Under the pieces are notes generated by a model, which saw only the letters and a program-made list of their open reading frames with translations, did not search any database and was not told the origin of the DNA. Shown piece after piece: positions 33,957-46,007 of a DNA stretch of 64,000 nucleotides (positions are counted from its first letter, which is position 1; each line of letters begins with the position of its first letter). Both the position numbers and the translations under genes were made by a program. The stretch is taken from contig NW_027590141.1 in the NCBI RefSeq assembly GCF_964213995.1, positions 372,001 to 436,000 of the forward strand, given 5' to 3'. Origin of the DNA: Mustelus asterias (lineage: Eukaryota).

Positions 33957-34238
33957 AGTGGGAATTCTGTTCACAAACAGAACTTATAAGACACAGACTC
34001 AATTTACATGAATAATGGTTGGAATGCGAATACTTACAACTAATCCAGTCTTTAAGAAACAAAACAATGGGAGTGGAGAGAGCATCAAGACAGGCTAAAA
34101 AGATGTGTATTGTCTCCAGACAAGACAGCCAGTGAAACTCTGCAGGTCCACGCAACTGTGGGAGTTACAAATAGTGTGACATAAATTCTGATTCTAGGAT
34201 CGCATGATAAAGACTCAGGAGGAAAAAAGCAGAAATAT

Positions 34239-36173
34239 TTATGTGAAATAGTGTGACATAAACCCAATATCCCGGTTGAGGCCGTCCTTGTGTGTGCGGA
34301 ACCTGGCTATCAGTTTCTGCTCCGCGACTCTGCGCTGTCGTGTGTCGCGAAGGCCGCCTTGGAGAACGCTTACCCGAATATCAGAGGCCGAATGCCCGTG
34401 ACCGCTGAAGTGCTCCCCAACAGGAAGAGAACAGTCTTGCCTGGTGATTGTCGAGCGGTGTTCATTCATCCGTTGTCGCAGCGTCTGCATAGTTTCCCCA
34501 ATGTACCATGCCTCGGGACATCCTTTCTTGCAGCGTATCAGGTAGACAACGTTGGCCGAGTTGCAAGAGTATGTACCGTGTACCTGGTGGATGGTGTTCT
34601 CACGTGAGATGATGGCATCTGTGTCGATGATCCGGCACGTCTTGCAGAGGTTGCTGTGGCAGGGTTGTGTGGTGTCTTGGTCACTGTTCTCCTGAAGGCT
34701 GGGTAGTTTGCTGCGGACAATGGTCTGTTTGAGGTTGTGCGGTTGTTTGAAGGCAAGAAGTGGGGGTGTGGGGATGGCCTTGGCGAGATGTTCGTCTTCA
34801 TCAATGACATGTTGAAGGCTCCGGAGGAGATGCCGTAGCTTCTCCGCTCCAGGGAAGTACTGGACAACGAAGGGTACTCTGTCCACTGTGTCCCGTGTTT
34901 GTCTTCTGAGGAGGTCGGTGCGGTTTTTCGCTGTGGCGCGTTGGAACTGTTGATCAATGAGTCTAGCGCCATATCCTGTTCTTATGAGGGCATCTTTCAG
35001 CGTCTGGAGGTGTCTGTTGCGATCCTCCTCATCCGAGCAGATCCTGTGTATACGGAGGGCTTGTCCGTAGGGGATGGCTTCTTTAACGTGTTTAGGGTGG
35101 AAGCTGGAGAAGTGGAGCATCGTGAGGTTATCCGTGGGCTTGCGGTACAGTGAGGTGCTGAGGTGACCGTCCTTAATGGAGATGCGCGTGTCCAAGAATG
35201 CAACCGATTCCGGAGAGTAGTCTATGGTGAGCCTGATGGTGGGATGGAACTTGTTGATGTCATCATAGAGTTGTTTCAGTGATTGTTCACCATGAGTCCA
35301 AAGGAAGAAAATGTCATCGATGTATCTAGTGTATAGCACCGGTTGAAGGTCCCGTGCGGTGAAGAAGTCTTGTTCGAACCTGTGCATGAAGATGTTGGCA
35401 TATTGAGGTGCAAATTTGGTCCCCATGGCTGTTCCGTGTGTCTGGATGAAGAACTGGTTGTTGAAGGTGAAGATATTGTGGTCCAGGATGAAGCGGATGA
35501 GATGTAAAATTGCATCTGGAAACTGGCAGTTGTTGGCGCTGAGCACTGAGGCCGTTGCAGCAATGCCATCGTCATGGGGGATGCTGGTGTAGAGTGCTGA
35601 GACATCCATTGTGACGAGGAGCGCTCCTGGTTCAACTGCTCCATGTGTGCCGAGTTTCTGTAGGAAGTCCGTCGTGTCGCGACAAAAGCTGGGGGTTCTT
35701 TGTACAATGGGTTTCAGGATGCCCTCGACAGAGCCGGAGAGGTTCTCGCACAGGGTCCCATTGCCCGATACGATGGGACGGCCGGGTGTGTTTGCCTTGT
35801 GTATCTTCGGGAGGCAGTAGAGATCTCCAACGCGGGGAGTACGTGGGATGAGAGCACGGAGGGTGTTCTGAAGGTCCGGATCAAAGGTCTTGATCAGAGT
35901 GTTGAGTTGACGGGTGTGTTCTTTGGTCGGATCTGCAGGTAACTGTCTGTAGTGTTCCTCGTTGTTGAGTTGTCGGTACACTTCTTTGCAGTAATCCGTT
36001 CTGTTCAGTATGACGATGGCCCCTCCTTTGTCTGCTGGTTTGATGACAATGTTGCGGTTGGTCTTGAGAGCGTGGATGGCGTTACGTTGTGCTTGGGTGA
36101 TGTTCGGGGCTGTCTTGTGAGTGCGGCTGATGAATTTGGTGTTGACGCACCTCCTGACGGCTTGGGCATACAT
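34239..36173 (-). CDS. Penelope-like RT + GIY-YIG endonuclease ORF (N-terminally incomplete)
   Basis: KPADKG, LPKIHK, MDVSALYTSIPH, GTAMG, RYIDD, YRKPT, C..C..C linker, VVYLIRC..YIGET..LRQRMNEH. The frame stays open upstream of the ATG to the breakpoint. Confidence 0.92.
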   Translation of the reverse strand: MYAQAVRRCVNTKFISRTHKTAPNITQAQRNAIHALKTNRNIVIKPADKGGAIVILNRTDYCKEVYRQLNNEEHYRQLPADPTKEHTRQLNTLIKTFDPDLQNTLRALIPRTPRVGDLYCLPKIHKANTPGRPIVSGNGTLCENLSGSVEGILKPIVQRTPSFCRDTTDFLQKLGTHGAVEPGALLVTMDVSALYTSIPHDDGIAATASVLSANNCQFPDAILHLIRFILDHNIFTFNNQFFIQTHGTAMGTKFAPQYANIFMHRFEQDFFTARDLQPVLYTRYIDDIFFLWTHGEQSLKQLYDDINKFHPTIRLTIDYSPESVAFLDTRISIKDGHLSTSLYRKPTDNLTMLHFSSFHPKHVKEAIPYGQALRIHRICSDEEDRNRHLQTLKDALIRTGYGARLIDQQFQRATAKNRTDLLRRQTRDTVDRVPFVVQYFPGAEKLRHLLRSLQHVIDEDEHLAKAIPTPPLLAFKQPHNLKQTIVRSKLPSLQENSDQDTTQPCHSNLCKTCRIIDTDAIISRENTIHQVHGTYSCNSANVVYLIRCKKGCPEAWYIGETMQTLRQRMNEHRSTITRQDCSLPVGEHFSGHGHSASDIRVSVLQGGLRDTRQRRVAEQKLIARFRTHKDGLNRDIGFMSHYFT

Positions 36174-37188
36174 GTCAAGTCGAGGGCAGCGGCCTTCCGG
36201 AGGAGTCCAATTCGACTCTTTCCTCTTCAGACAGGAGGAGATTGGTGTCAGTGACTGTGGGGTTTATATCACACAGGCGGAGATTGGTGTCAGTGACTGT
36301 GGGGGGGCGGGGGTGTGGGGATGGCCTTGGCGAGATGTTCGTCTTCATCAATGACATGTTGAAGGCTCTGGAGGAGATGCCGTAGCTTCCCCGCATCTCC
36401 TCCAGAGCCTTCAACATGTCATTGATGAAGAGGAACATCTCGCCAAGGCCACACCCCCACTTCTTGCCTTCAAACAACCGCACAACCTCAAACAGATCAT
36501 TGTCCGCAGCAAACTACCCAGCCTTCAGGAGAACAGTGACCACGACACCACACAACCCTGGTACAGCAACCTCTGCAAGACGTGCCGGATCATTGACACG
36601 GATGCCATCATCTCACGTGAGAACACCATCCACCAGGTACATGGTACATACTCTTGCAACTCGGCCAACGTTGTCTACCTGATACGCTGCAGGAAAGGAT
36701 GTCCCGAGGCATGGTACATTGGGAAAACCATGACGCTACGCTACGACAATGGATGAATGAACACCGCTCGACCATCACCAGGCTAGACTGTTCTCTTCCT
36801 GTTGGGGAGCACTTCAGCGGTCACGGGCATTCAGCCTCTGATATTCGGGTAAGCGTTCTCCGAGGCGGCCTTCATGACACACGATGGCGCAGAGTCGCTG
36901 AGCAGAAACTGATAGCCAAGTTCCGCACACATGAGGACGGCCTCAACCGGGATATTGGGTTCATGTCACACGATCTGTAATCCCCACAGCTTGCCTGGAC
37001 TTGCGGAATTTCACTGGCTGTCCTGTCTGGAGACAATAGACATCTCTTTGACCTGTCTTGGTGCTCTCTCCACTCACATTGTTTGTACCTTTAAGACTTG
37101 ATTAGCTGTAAGTATTCGCATTCCAACCATTATTCTGTAAATTGAGTTTGTGTCTTTATATGCCCTGTTTGTGAACAGAATTCCCACT

Positions 37189-37225
37189 CACCTGAAGAAG
37201 GGGCTTGGAGCTCCGAAAGCTTGTG
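37189..37225 (+). ncRNA. Minimal type I hammerhead ribozyme motif
   Basis: CAC-CTGAAGA-A-GGGGCT-TGG-AGCTCC-GAAA-GC-TT-GTG, followed by AATAAA. Confidence 0.78.
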
Positions 37226-37283
37226 TGGCTTTTGCTACCAAATAAACCTGTTGGACTTTAACCTGGTGTTGTTAAACTTCTTA

Positions 37284-37460
37284 ACAACCCTACAACTGGC
37301 TGAAGTTTAATAATCTGGAGATGTCCCTTTTTAAAGGCACTATCTGTGATCTTTCAGCTGAATTAAAGAACTGTCAACAGAAACTTGGTTGCAATAAAAT
37401 TATGAACTTTTTACTTCAATCCTAAATTGATCTTTGATGCAAAATCTACAATTCATTGTC
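37284..37460 (+). pseudogene. Orphan ZNF 3' trailer with no coding exon
   Basis: Homologous to the post-stop trailers at 28405-28935 and 39135-39320. Confidence 0.7.
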
Positions 37461-38299
37461 TCCCAAAGGTGATGGGTTCCCATCAAGTGGAGGTGACTTT
37501 TCCAGCTCAGGTACATTCACAGGATGGAGGAAGGTCACTCCAGTGGCTCGGCAACAAGAGCCAACACTGAAAACAACAACCCACAACCAGACCTGAGAAC
37601 CACTTCACTTGTGGCAAAACCTGCCCCTCACGGATTGGTCCCTTCAGCCATCAGTAACAGTGAAGCAGAGGGTGCGTGGGCCTTCAGGGTCTCAGTGACC
37701 AGGAGAGACAACAATTCTGCACAGAGGGGCCTGAGAGCTGAACCCAGACAGAGTGGAGGGAGGGAGAAAACTGAGTGGAGAAAAGAATTGGTGGAGAGGG
37801 TGAGATGGGTTTGGATTTCAGCCCAGGGACGGGGGAGAGTGTGTGAGATGGGGATTTACAGATTTGGAGGAAACGAGAGGAAAAAATGTTCCAAAAACAA
37901 AACTAGAATTATCTGTTCAGAATTTCTATCCTGGACTGACAGTGATTAATTTTGTAAACTCTTTTTCCAGGTATTAACAAGGGAAAGATTTGTAGATGCA
38001 AAACTCAAAACAAACATTTTGGTTTGAGTCAATCGATCATTCATCAATCTGTGAATGTGGAAGGAGAAATGTTTATCTCTTGAAGATTTTAAACATCAGT
38101 GCAACTGGAAAAACACCGAGACACACACACCCGAGTGAGAGTGTTCCAGTGAACTGACTGTGGAAAGAGCTTTAACCAGTGACACAACCTGAGAAAACAT
38201 CACACCATTCACAGCGGGGAGAAACTGTACACGTGTTATCTGCAAGGACGAGCTTTCAACTGATCATCTAACCTGGAGAGACACAAGGACACTGGCACC

Positions 38300-39100
38300 A
38301 TGGAGAAACCTTGGAAATGTGGGGACTGTGGTAAGGGATTCAAGTCTTTATTCCGACTGGAAATCCATCAACGCAGTCACACTGGGGAGAAGCCATTCGT
38401 CTGTTCTGTGTGTGGGAAGGGATTTACCAAGACAACATACCTGATGTTACACCAGAGAATTCACACTGAGGAGAGGCCCTTCAGCTGCACTCACTGTGGG
38501 AAGAGGTTCAACAGCACATCCAGCCTCGCTACACACCAGCGGATTCACACTGGGGTGAAGCCGTTCACCTGCTTTGTGTGCGGTGAGAAATTCACTCGGT
38601 CATCCGGCCTTTGGACACATCAGCGAATTCACACTGAGGAGAAACCGTTCAGCTGCACTTCTTGTGGAAAGAGTTTCGGGCAGTCATCCACCCTGACTGC
38701 TCACCAACGCACTCACACCGGGGAGCGACCATTCACCTGCTCCGTGTGTGGGAAGAAATTCTCCCAGTCATTCGATCTGGTGAGACACCAGCGACTTCAC
38801 ACCGGGGAGAGACCATTCACCTGCTCGGTGTGTGGGAAGGGATTCGCTCGGTTATTCACCCTCCAGTCCCACCACCGCACTCACACTCAGGAGAATCCAT
38901 TCAGCTGCAGTACCTGTGGAAAGAGTTTCAAGCAGTCATCCAACCTCCTGACTCACCGACGCACTCACTCTGGGGAGAGGCCTTTCACCTGCTCCTTGTG
39001 TGGAAAGGCATTCACAAGGTCCTCCAGCCTGCTGAGACACCAGCAAATTCATAATAGACTGCAAGGATTGGATTCTGCTTTTAATCACAGCCAGGATTGA
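38300..39100 (+). CDS. C2H2 zinc-finger protein 6, 9 fingers
   Basis: Intact ORF; acceptor tttccag|37971. The usual stop is lost, so it reads 12 aa into the trailer (RLQGLDSAFNHSQD). Confidence 0.9.
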   Translation: MEKPWKCGDCGKGFKSLFRLEIHQRSHTGEKPFVCSVCGKGFTKTTYLMLHQRIHTEERPFSCTHCGKRFNSTSSLATHQRIHTGVKPFTCFVCGEKFTRSSGLWTHQRIHTEEKPFSCTSCGKSFGQSSTLTAHQRTHTGERPFTCSVCGKKFSQSFDLVRHQRLHTGERPFTCSVCGKGFARLFTLQSHHRTHTQENPFSCSTCGKSFKQSSNLLTHRRTHSGERPFTCSLCGKAFTRSSSLLRHQQIHNRLQGLDSAFNHSQD

Positions 39101-39539
39101 TAGTCTGATAATATTGGTTCGATTTTGCTGATATTAACATCCCTATAAGTAGCTGGAGTTTAATATTCTGGAGATGTCACTGATTTTCGGAGCTGCAATG
39201 TCCCTTTTTAAAAACACCTTCTGTGATCTTTCCCCTAAATTCAAGAATCCTTAACAAGAACCTGTTCAACATAAAATGATGAACTTTACTTCAATCCTAA
39301 ATTAATCTTTGATGCAAATCAGTGTGTGAGAGGTTCCACTGATTAACATCTCCAATTAGAAAGTCCTGATTAATCCTTGCTGACAATTATGACTGAAGTC
39401 TTCACAGTGACACATCCATTATGAAATTAAATATGAAGGAACATAAACAAAATAGTGAAATATTATACAGGCACAGTTAAATCTTACATAAAATCCTTAA
39501 CAATCAATATTGAACTTAATGAAACTTGGAGGTCTCTGA

Positions 39540-40385
39540 GTTCACCCATTTCTGACACAGCAGCAGCAACATTTGGTAAAGGTGGCTCCCACAACAGACT
39601 GGTTTGAGACCCACTCAGCAGAGATGACACCTGTCATTGAAGCAAAAAGCAAAGCCTACCTGATGCTCAACATAAACTCAACAGCTGGAACATTGCATCA
39701 GAAATTCTGAAAACAGTGAGATACTCTGTCAATAAACACCGGACAATCCTACACCAATAATTCCAAACTGCCTGTGATAATGAATATCTCTGTGCGATGT
39801 ATGATGGGATGAATATGATGCTTTGTCCTACAATCACCAAATTGTTCCCCTGAAATCGGCAGATGGTGAAGTTCTCACCGACAGAAGTAAACAGATGTCC
39901 CACTGGGTTGAACACGACTGTGAGCTGTACTCCCGTGAGACGGATACCTCCCAGTCTCTGTTTGATTCTACTGCAGCTTCCTGTCATGGTTGAGTTGGAC
40001 GAGGAATCCTCATCACTTGAGCTGGAAAAGGCCATTGATTGCGGAACAAGCAGAAAGGCTCCCAGCAAGGATGAGTTCCAGCTGAACTGTTCAGACACGG
40101 AAAGTCCCATCGCTGCCACATCTTCATAACCTCCTGCTTCTCTGTTGGGAGGTAGGACCTGTTCCACAGGAGATACGTGACACAAAAATCTTCACAATAT
40201 ACAAAACGTGAAGTGACAGAGGAGATTGCAACAACTACAGGAACATCTCACTCCTTAGCATCACTGGGAAGGCCTTCACTAGAGTCATGTTTAAATGACT
40301 CCAGCTATCTGCAGACTGAGTCTATCCAGAAGCACAGTGTGGTTTCTGTCCTGACAGATCTCCAGTGAACATGATCTTCTCCACA
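39540..40385 (+). mobile_element. Degenerate RTE-clade LINE fragment
   Basis: Frameshifted LEKAID..KAP.KD, DCNNYRNISLLSITGK and PEAQCGF motifs. Confidence 0.65.
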
Positions 40386-41879
40386 CACCAGCGACAAGAG
40401 GAGTGAACAATTAGTATTGAATCTAAAATGCTGCCAGCCCCTGTGCTGAGAAAAGTGAAATGTTCTAATTACTGAGTGAAAGTGAACCTTTCGGTGTGAA
40501 TCACAATTTACTTGTACAATTGGAAAAGGCACCAAAATGTTTGATTCTTAACTTAAACTTTGAAGTTGTGTTTCAGAGCTCACAGGCTGAGGGAAGCTCC
40601 ACCCTCTTTAACTCTTTCTGATCTAAGAAGGTTGACATTTACCTGTGAAAACTCACTTTTGTGGTTTAATTTTCCTTGAGTTATAATATATTTATTTGGA
40701 AAGACACTTGAAGAATGAAGAAAAAAATAACATTTTGGAAAAACTGAGAAAAAATGCCAAAATAATTGGAAACACAAAGATCAAAATGGTGTTTGGTTCA
40801 CCTTTGATCTGAAAATAAAGTTGACATAATTGGAATATTTGCTTCACCCTTTTACAATCAGGCAGCACGGTGACAACTTAAACCAAAGATTCTGCTTTTT
40901 GAAGATTTGACTTCATCCCATTTGTTATCATTTAAATCAAAGCTCCTGAGAATGGGAGATATGAGCGTTACCCCAAACTGATACAACTACCTGTACTTCT
41001 GCCTCTGATCTCAAAATACACTATTGAGTGAGTGTTCAATTGGACAGAAAAGTTTCCGCATTCTCCTGAAACAGAGAGAAAGGGAAACCCCGTTTGGAAT
41101 CAAACATGGAAAAAATTGACACCAGCAAATGGGAATTGAAGTAATTCACTCTGGGTCTAGTTCAATGGAATAGACAAACAGGATATCCACGTACGTTCTT
41201 GTAGAAGTCAGGAAAGTGGAGATGAGTCAAGTAATAGTTTTCTTTTGGAGATGTTTGTATCCTTGTTTGTGAACTTTAAAACAAACTGAATCAGATAACC
41301 TGGCCTCTGCCTGAAGACATTGGAACCATACAGAGAGAGAGATAAGCAAACATTTCATATAGACACTTCCTTGCGATTACTTGAAAATCTAGGAATGGGT
41401 GTCTCAGATGGTACATGGAGCATCCTTTGGGATACCAGTGTGAGTGTGCAGATGTGATATGTTACATGTGGTGTAACTAACATGTGCCACTGCACTGAGG
41501 AACAAACGTGTTCAGCAATTCGACAACAGAACAACATTGAGTGCTTAACATTGTCAGTAGAATGGGAAGATATTTTAATTTGTCAAGATATTGGCATATT
41601 TTGCAGAGAAACTGACTTTAAAACAATCAGGATCGAATGAAACACACTGGTATCTATCAGAGGGAGTAAACTTAAGCTGAAGAGTGACCTAAATCTGGCT
41701 TTTGAAAATATCCTCAAGGTGGATGCAGGTGAGCAGAGAGCTGGAGAACCTTTGAAGTTTGTGCTTGAATATTTGAACCAGATGTATTTACAACTCGTCA
41801 ATAATTTAGAATTGTGTGAGATAATCTGCAGATGGGGAGGATGAATCAAAGTCGATGATTGTCACATTTACTGGTGTGA

Positions 41880-42717
41880 TGTTACTGTGCATTTAAGAAC
41901 TGTATTTTTAAATCACGTTTTCTGCAGTTTGGAAGCAGGCCTTTGTTTTTCATTGTGGCATTGGCTGAATGTTTGTGTGTGCTTTTATTGCTGCTTAAAT
42001 GGTTTGAATGGGTTTATCTTTAATCTGGGTTTAAGGCACTTTGTGAGTTTGAAGTGTTGTGGGAAGAATGATTGACAGGTCAGGTTGGACAGTTCTTTTT
42101 CTCTCTCCCAAGAGTTCTTACTTTCAGTTTTGGTTGCTGGTTAGTTAGGAGGCGTTTGGCCTCCAGACTGAAAGGCAGTATTTCTGTTCTCTCTCCTTGA
42201 TATTAGAAATTCTGCGATATTGGAGGCAGTTTTTCTTGCCCTCCTGGAGTGAGAGATTCTGATGTTGGTGATTTGCCAGGTAATGCCAGCTGTGGCTTTA
42301 TCTCTACCTCAAGGTGCTGGGAGTTTCCAGAATGGTGAAGTCAGAATTTCAATTCTCCAACCAAAGGACTAATTTCCAGAATCACATGAACATTCTTATT
42401 TTCTGTGCTAAACCTGTGACAGGTGTATGTTTGTAGAGAGGTTTGTCGTATTGGAACAGTGCATTTAGTTGTTTAGGTTTCTACAATATCACGGTTGTTT
42501 TCTTGTTTGTAATTGGCAAAAGCGATTGCTAATTTTCTTTCTATGTGTTAACTGTATTCTTAAATAAACTTTGTTTGATAAAATCTCCCCAATGAGTCAT
42601 TTGAATCATACAATGTTTCACTGCAGGTATGTTTACCCCAGCCAAATTCAAACTGCAAAACCTGTGGTCCAGGCTGACTTCATAAATACTTTGGAGTTTC
42701 TGACCTCAATTATAATA
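41880..42717 (+). mobile_element. Possible solo LTR
   Basis: TGTTA... start, AATAAA near 42562, ...TAATA end. No target-site duplication recognised. Confidence 0.3.
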
Positions 42718-43002
42718 CGGCAAAGTATTTACTTTTATTTCTGGTGACAACTCAAGGGTTTGTGTTGCTGATTCTGATCATTCTAGTACCTTTAGTTTTC
42801 TTGTCTATGGAATGTAATCAAGAAATTAGGAAAACAAGCTTGTAACTTAGAATCGCTGGGTTATTCAGAAATCAGTTTTTGAGTAGACAGTGAAGCTAAT
42901 CCTTTCTCAAGATGGGAGATTTGTAAGAAATCACAGTCTAATAACCTAATGAAAACTTCAGAAATGTATTACATATTATAGGAATCGTTCTGTGTGTATC
43001 TA

Positions 43003-44310
43003 CAAAGAAAGAACAAAGAAAATTACAGCACAGGAACAGGCCCTTTGGCCCTCCAAGCCTGCACCGACCATGCTGCCCATCTGAACTAAAGCTCCCTACC
43101 CTTCTGGGGACCGTATCCCTCTATTCCCATCCTATTCATGTATTTGTCAAGACACCCCTTAAAAGTCACAATCGTATCTGCTGCCACTACCTCCTCCGGC
43201 AGCAAGTTCCAGGCACCCACCACCCTCTGTGTAAAAAGAAAACTTGCCTCGTACATCTCCTTTAAAGTTTGCCCCTCGCACCTTAAACCTTTGCCCCTTA
43301 GTAATTGACTCTTTCACCCTGGGAAAAAGCTTCTGACTATCCACTCTGTCCAAGCCCCTCATAATTTTGTAGACTTCTATCAGGTCGCCCTTTAACCTCC
43401 ATCGCTCCAGTGAGAACAAACCAAGTTTCTCCAATCTCTCCTCATAGCTAATGCTCTCCATGCCAGCAACATCCTGGTAAATCTTTTATGTACCCTCTCC
43501 AAAGCCTTCACATCCTTCTGGTAGTGTGGCGACCAGAATTGAACACTATATTCCAAGTGCGGCCTAACTAAGATTATATAAAGCTGCAACATGACTTGCC
43601 AATTTTTAAACTCAATGCCCCGGCCGATGAAGGCAAGCATGCCGTATGCCTTCTTGACTACCTTCTCCACCTGCGTTGCCACTTTCAGTGACCTGTGTAC
43701 CTGTACACCCAGATCCCTCTGCCTATCAATACTCTAAAGAGTTCAGCCATTTACTGTATATTTCTATCTGTATTAGACCTTCCAAAATGCATTATCTCAC
43801 ATTTGTCCAGATTAAACTCCATTTGCCATCTCTTCACCCAAGTCTCCAACCAATCTATATCCTGCTGCATCCTCTGATGGTCCTCACCGCTATCCGCAAA
43901 TCCACCAACCTTTGTGTCGTCTGCAAACTTACTAATCAATTCAGTTACATTTCCTTCCAAATCATTTATATTTATATATATTACAAACAGCAAAGGTCCC
44001 AGCACTGATTCCTGAGGAATGCCACTTGTCACAGCCCTCCATTCAGAAACGCACTCTTCCACTGCTACCATTTGTCTTCTATGACCGAGCCAGTTCTGTA
44101 TCCACCTTGCCAGCTCACCTCTGATCCAATGCGACTTCACCTTCTGCACCAGTCTGCCATGAGGGACCTTGTCAAAGGCCTTACTGAAGTGCATGTAGAC
44201 AACATCCACTGCCCTACCCTCATCAATCATCTTCGTCACTTCCTACAAAAACTCGATCAAGTTAGTGAGACACGACTTCCCCTTCACAAAACCATGTTGC
44301 CTCTCATTAA
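43003..44310 (-). mobile_element. CR1 LINE, 3' 1.3 kb
   Basis: [44 protein letters not shown], plus tail. Confidence 0.92.
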
Positions 44311-44639
44311 TATGTCCACTTATCTCTTTCTCGCTTGGGAATAAAGACTCCTGGCTTGACGAACACAGGGAAATGTATCTCAATATTACCCCATAGGGAT
44401 GGACTTGGTAGTTAGGGAACGGAATTTGTAGTGGTGACTTAAGATAATGACATTGGTCTTTCCAATAGCATTACTTCATCTCCCATTGAACTGTTAATAT
44501 AATGGATGGGATGGGGCAAAGAAGATCATCAAGGGTAGGTTAGAGGGTGGAAGAAATTAAATAATAAAGAATCTTCGTGTATTTGTTAATTTGTCTTCAT
44601 TTGGTAACACTGATTTTATCCCCGGTACGTCAATTCAAT

Positions 44640-44945
44640 GGCCGTGCTATTACCCACCATTCCCTGCGGCCCTACAAGTGCTCTATTCACTCCACAGGAG
44701 TCCAGTGCGCAGGCGCCTTGCTGTATCTGGAGCATGCGCAGTGTCACTTTGTTCCGAGTTCTGCGAGTGCGGGAGCTACTTTTCCAGCGGGTGAGAGTCG
44801 GTCGGGCGGAGGGAGGAATGGAGCCGGGAGACGGGCTGGGGGGGGGGGGGGGGGGGAGCGGAGGCTTCACAAACACCCGCTGGAGGCCGCAAGCCCAGAA
44901 TGAGAGTCGAGATTGCAGCTCCGGGGATTCACTCCTGGGCACTGG
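44640..44945 (+). promoter_or_regulatory. CpG-rich promoter/first exon of ZNF pseudogene 7
   Basis: TGCGCAGGCGC and GCATGCGCA NRF1-like motifs, possible donor cgg|gtgaga. ttcacaaacacccgctggaggcc is shared with about 26592. Confidence 0.55.
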
Positions 44946-44949
44946 CCCA

Positions 44950-45220
44950 GGTGGCACAGTGGTCAGCACTGCTGCCTCACAGCACAAGGGACCCGGGTTC
45001 AATTCCCGGCTTGGGTCACTGTCTGTGTGGGTTTCCTCCGGGTGCTCCGGTTTCCTCCCACAGTCCAAAGATGTGTGGATTAGGTAGATTGGCCATGAGA
45101 AATTGCCCCTTAGTGTCAGGGGGACTAGCTCGGGTTAGTGCATGGGGTTATATGGGGATAGGGCCTGCAGACTCAATGGGCTGAATGGCCTCCTTCTGCA
45201 CTGTCGGATTCTATGATTCT
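44950..45220 (+). mobile_element. V-SINE (HE1-like), internally deleted
   Basis: tRNA head, partial V-domain and tail. Confidence 0.8.
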
Positions 45221-46007
45221 AGGTTAGCGGCCACCATCTTGGGCAACAGAGTGCATGCATGGTCATGTCTGTGTCCCTGAAATATCCGTCACTCTGGTTG
45301 TTATATAGCACACAGTTAAAGACTATAGTTATATAGTCTTTATTTATCACACTGAGATATAGTCTTGCAGCTCATGGCTGCGTAATTTATTACTTTAAAG
45401 TGTCATTATGGCATGGAAAGATTCCATTCGACAACTCGAATCCACGTTGACTCGAGCAATCCACTTCTCCCTCTACTTCACTGTTCCGCTGCAAGTTTAT
45501 TTCTTTCAATTGTCCATCCAATTTCATTTTGAAATCACTGATCATCTCCACATATACTTTCTGTGTAGGCAGTGAGTTCCAAGTCATAGCCCTCACTGCT
45601 TAGATAATGTTCTTGTTCATAAACTTTCTTCATTTCTAATTATGTAATACTGTAATACAGTCTATTTGCATTTTTACACCACAAAATGTTGAGATTTATT
45701 TTATATATATATATATATGAGAGAGAGAGTCCAGCAGCATCAATGAAAATTTTGGGTCTCTTTGCCCAGAACAGGAGACTTTTTCTTCAGTCAGCATGAA
45801 TTAGCACCACCAGGAGAATTAGGAAAGTGAATATTTGGAAGAGCAGAGTGAGGATGGGAGCAGAGTGAGGATGGGGGGGAAAGTGTATCCGATGGGGATG
45901 TCGTGGTTTTTGGAAATAGGAAAGAATTTTCAACAGAAATTAGAATTGTTTATTCTGAATTTCTATCCTGTACTTGCAGTGATAACTTTTGCAAACTCCT
46001 TTTCCAG

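Larger units (their letters stand above)
33823..37283. mobile_element. Penelope-like retroelement (Neptune-like): 5'-truncated minus copy plus inverted partial plus copy
   Basis: Minus copy 33823-~36240, rearranged junction 36236-36392, plus copy 36393-37283. A pLTR lies at each outer end. Confidence 0.92.
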
